From Octopus vulgaris (Eukaryota): 64,000 nucleotides of DNA. The translations under genes were made by a program, and so were the position numbers. Positions 61,360 through 64,000 of this stretch are shown in pieces; the first letter of the stretch is position 1; every line of letters starts with the position of its first letter. The stretch is taken from assembly GCA_951406725.2 (NCBI GenBank), contig OX597817.1:34162001-34226000 (forward strand), read 5' to 3'. A model generated the notes under the pieces. It was not told the origin of the DNA and made no database searches. It saw nothing but the letters and a program-made list of their open reading frames with translations.

Positions 61360-62964
61360 TATATTGTTTTTTTATTTTTAATTGGTTTGATCAGGAGATA
61401 GTGGTTGTATTCATAGCCTTTGCAGGCCTCAAAGTTTAGTGAGTTTTATGTGTTTAACTTAGACTGTTGCCAATTGTTAGCTGCACAAGAAATATAGAGA
61501 GAAGGAATTCAAGAAGATAACATTTTGGGGAGAAAAGATTAGGTGTAATGGTGGGGAAGGAAGTGGACACAATATGAGTAATGAGGAAAGGAGAATAGAG
61601 AGAGATGAGTGTTTGATAGGACATGGATAGAACAATACTGGACTGCTCCAAGGAACAATAGGCCAGTGTAATAGTGGTAGAAAAAGCTGATAGAAAAGGA
61701 TGACTTTTATGGACCTGAGATTGGAATGTGTTGGCAAATGACTTCATGTCTAATAATTGGGTGGTCTTTCTTTGGTTGTGGTCTAGGATGCCTCTGTGTT
61801 TGTATGTGTGTGTATAGCATCACTACCCCTGGAGGTAGGTGTCACTTAAGCTTTGCAGAGTGTTAATGGTTGTTGAAGGTTAAAGTATTTTCTGACTCTC
61901 AAGAAAGAAGGCCAGTATATGTGATGCAGTATTTGCTATATTGAGGATGTGCATTTACTAAGAGAGATTGTCAGTGATAGAGTGCCTTGACATTTGTAGT
62001 GACTATGATAGTTCAGGTTGCATATTTAGAGTAGGAATGACACAATAATGTTTTCTTGATGTGTACAGTAATTGCATCTGTTTGCTGTTGAAGAAAACAA
62101 GATTGGCATGACCCCATAATTATGGTCCATGTTTAAGTGACAGATAAAATATGTTTACCATCATCCACCACCTTATGCTCAATGGCAAATATTCTTGTAA
62201 TCATTTTGCAAATAATGGAGATAACATCAGACATATTTTGGTCTTATTAGACCTCCTTAACAAAGCACAGACTTCATCATACCAGCTGACATAGTGATGA
62301 AAGAATTATTAAGCAGATATGCAATACTGTACATGACAAGCTGATAGAAGTCTATTATGGTAACCGTGTAATTGTGTACTACCAGCTCCTATTCAAGTGA
62401 TCTATACTGGCCCCTACTTGACATTCAGCAAGATTAAAAGATAAAACCTGCCAAAAGAAGGTGAGCTTCTTGAAAGCCAATGATACCTGTATTCTGGGAA
62501 GGAGATGGGGACTACAAAGATTATCAAGCTCAATAAAGCATTTGAATAAAAGTTACACCAGTATAAAGGGACTTGATGTGACATGCACCGTAAAGAAAGG
62601 CCTAAACTGAGAAGGTGGAAGTATATTGGTTAATAAAAGAAATCAGGTCTTCTCCATAATTGCCATAGAGTTGTGGTGTGTAGAAAGCTACATCTGCTGT
62701 ACAAACAAGTTTAATCCTTTGTTGAAGTTTTTAAAACTTTTTCTTACTTTTTCCAAGGGATGGCTTTTGTTAATCTGTCTTCTTTTTGACTTGAAGGTGA
62801 AGCCTTTGATAAAAATTCAAGAATCCATTAAATGATATGAGATATCTTCATGTTTATTACTGATCTCTCATGATAACAAAACAAAGTAAAACAGACAAAT
62901 GTTAATCATATAGTAAGTAATAAACATCCTTCTTAAAAATTCTTTAATGCTCTCATTAAGAGAG

Positions 62965-63210
62965 AAAGAAGACTGCAGTCCATGAAACTCTTATGCCAAA
63001 TTGCTAAAAGGCAGAAAAGAAAGTGGTATAGCCATGCAATGATATCTTGCTTCTAGTGAATAAAGTCAGGCACAGACAAAGTCCCCAGGAAAAGAAGTAT
63101 AAAAAGATTATGAAGTGGGTGCTTAAGCAACATCAAGGAATGGACAAGGAGGATGAAACTGGGAAACATGATGTTAGTTGATGACAGGAAAAGATTGGGA
63201 AGAGGTTGTG
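62965..63210 (+). mobile_element. Highly decayed RTE-type LINE C-terminal fragment
   Basis: KRQKRKWYSH...KVPRKRS...LSNIKEWT...DRK resembles the RTE RKL.WYGH..GKR.RGR..W.DNIKEW pattern. Confidence 0.55.
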
Positions 63211-63515
63211 TCTTTTGATGTATACTTTTGATTTCGTTGGGCAATGGAATAAACTTGTACTTGAATGAACATTAAAGTTACATGCAAAACAATGATATAG
63301 TTCACTATACATATGTGTGTGTGCTTGTGTGAACGTGCATGCATGCATGTGTGTTGCAAGCACATGGGCCTGTAGATAAGTTTATTTTGTCGATGTGGTT
63401 TTGGGTTTGATTCCATTGTATGATATCTTGTCCGAGTATTTTCTGCTAGGGCTTTGGGTTATCCAAAGCCTTGTGAATAAAATTTGGAAAACGGAAACTG
63501 TACAGAAGCATGCCA

Positions 63516-63563
<48 letters not shown>

Positions 63564-63684
63564 CAACTAGAGACCATTTGGGCTGCTACAATATTTGTTT
63601 ATGTCTGACGTAAACAATATGTCCTGTAGCTCAGTAGTTTTGTATGTGAAGACATGGTATAAGAAACCTTAGTTGATTTACAAG

Positions 63685-64000
63685 TCTATCTATCTATCTA
63701 TCTATCTATCCGCTCAGTCAAAGTTGACTCTCGGTTACTTGATGGATCAGTATCTTCCAGCCAGGTCTATCCCGGGTCGCTTCTTTCAGATGGTCTATGT
63801 CCATTCCCGTGTCACTCTTGATGGTGTCAAGCCGGCAGGTTCTTGGTTGGCTTCTTCCTCTCTTGCCACTGACCATTCCGAGCATGATGTCCTTCTCCAG
63901 GGATTTTCTCCGCATAATATGACCAAAATATGTCAATCTATGCTTGGTGATCCTAGCTTCTAGCAACAGTTTCAGCTTGATCTGGTTAAGAACTTCTCCA
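63685..64000 (-). mobile_element. RTE (BovB-like) LINE 3' end with (TAGA)n tail, running off the window
   Basis: ORF 63718-63966 LEARITKHRLTYFGHIMRRKSLEKDIMLGMVSGKRGRSQPRTCRLDTIKSD..EATRDRPGWKILIHQVTES. Confidence 0.92.

Noticed and set aside
62100-62620. Possible second Gypsy RT remnant (RLKDKTCQKKVSFL)
   Set aside because: Only one weak motif resemblance, which is not enough to call.

Overview
AT-rich, repeat-saturated animal DNA. The SINE families, the (TA)n/(CA)n/(CAT)n load and the transposon mix point to an octopus or related coleoid cephalopod; this is inferred from recognition, not from a search. No intact protein-coding gene is present, and almost every ORF in the track is a microsatellite or SINE read-through. 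The window holds dozens of tRNA-derived SINEs, given local labels A, B, C and E, and an apparently headless (GAT)n-tailed family labelled D. It also holds a shattered Ty3/Gypsy fossil (~335-4800, minus), a deleted mariner nested in a hAT MITE, Tc2-like and piggyBac-like MITEs, non-autonomous Helitrons and a Helentron-like element, 3' ends of RTE and HERO-type LINEs, and Penelope-like remnants. The most notable items are a 347-bp palindrome carrying two divergent CCA-ended tRNA-like units with oligo-T terminators (17912-18258), a near-canonical minimal hammerhead ribozyme (30168-30218, minus), two further fold-backs, a filled/empty SINE insertion-site pair, and a few candidate small exons of an unidentified host gene. 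Boundaries of degenerate copies are approximate.
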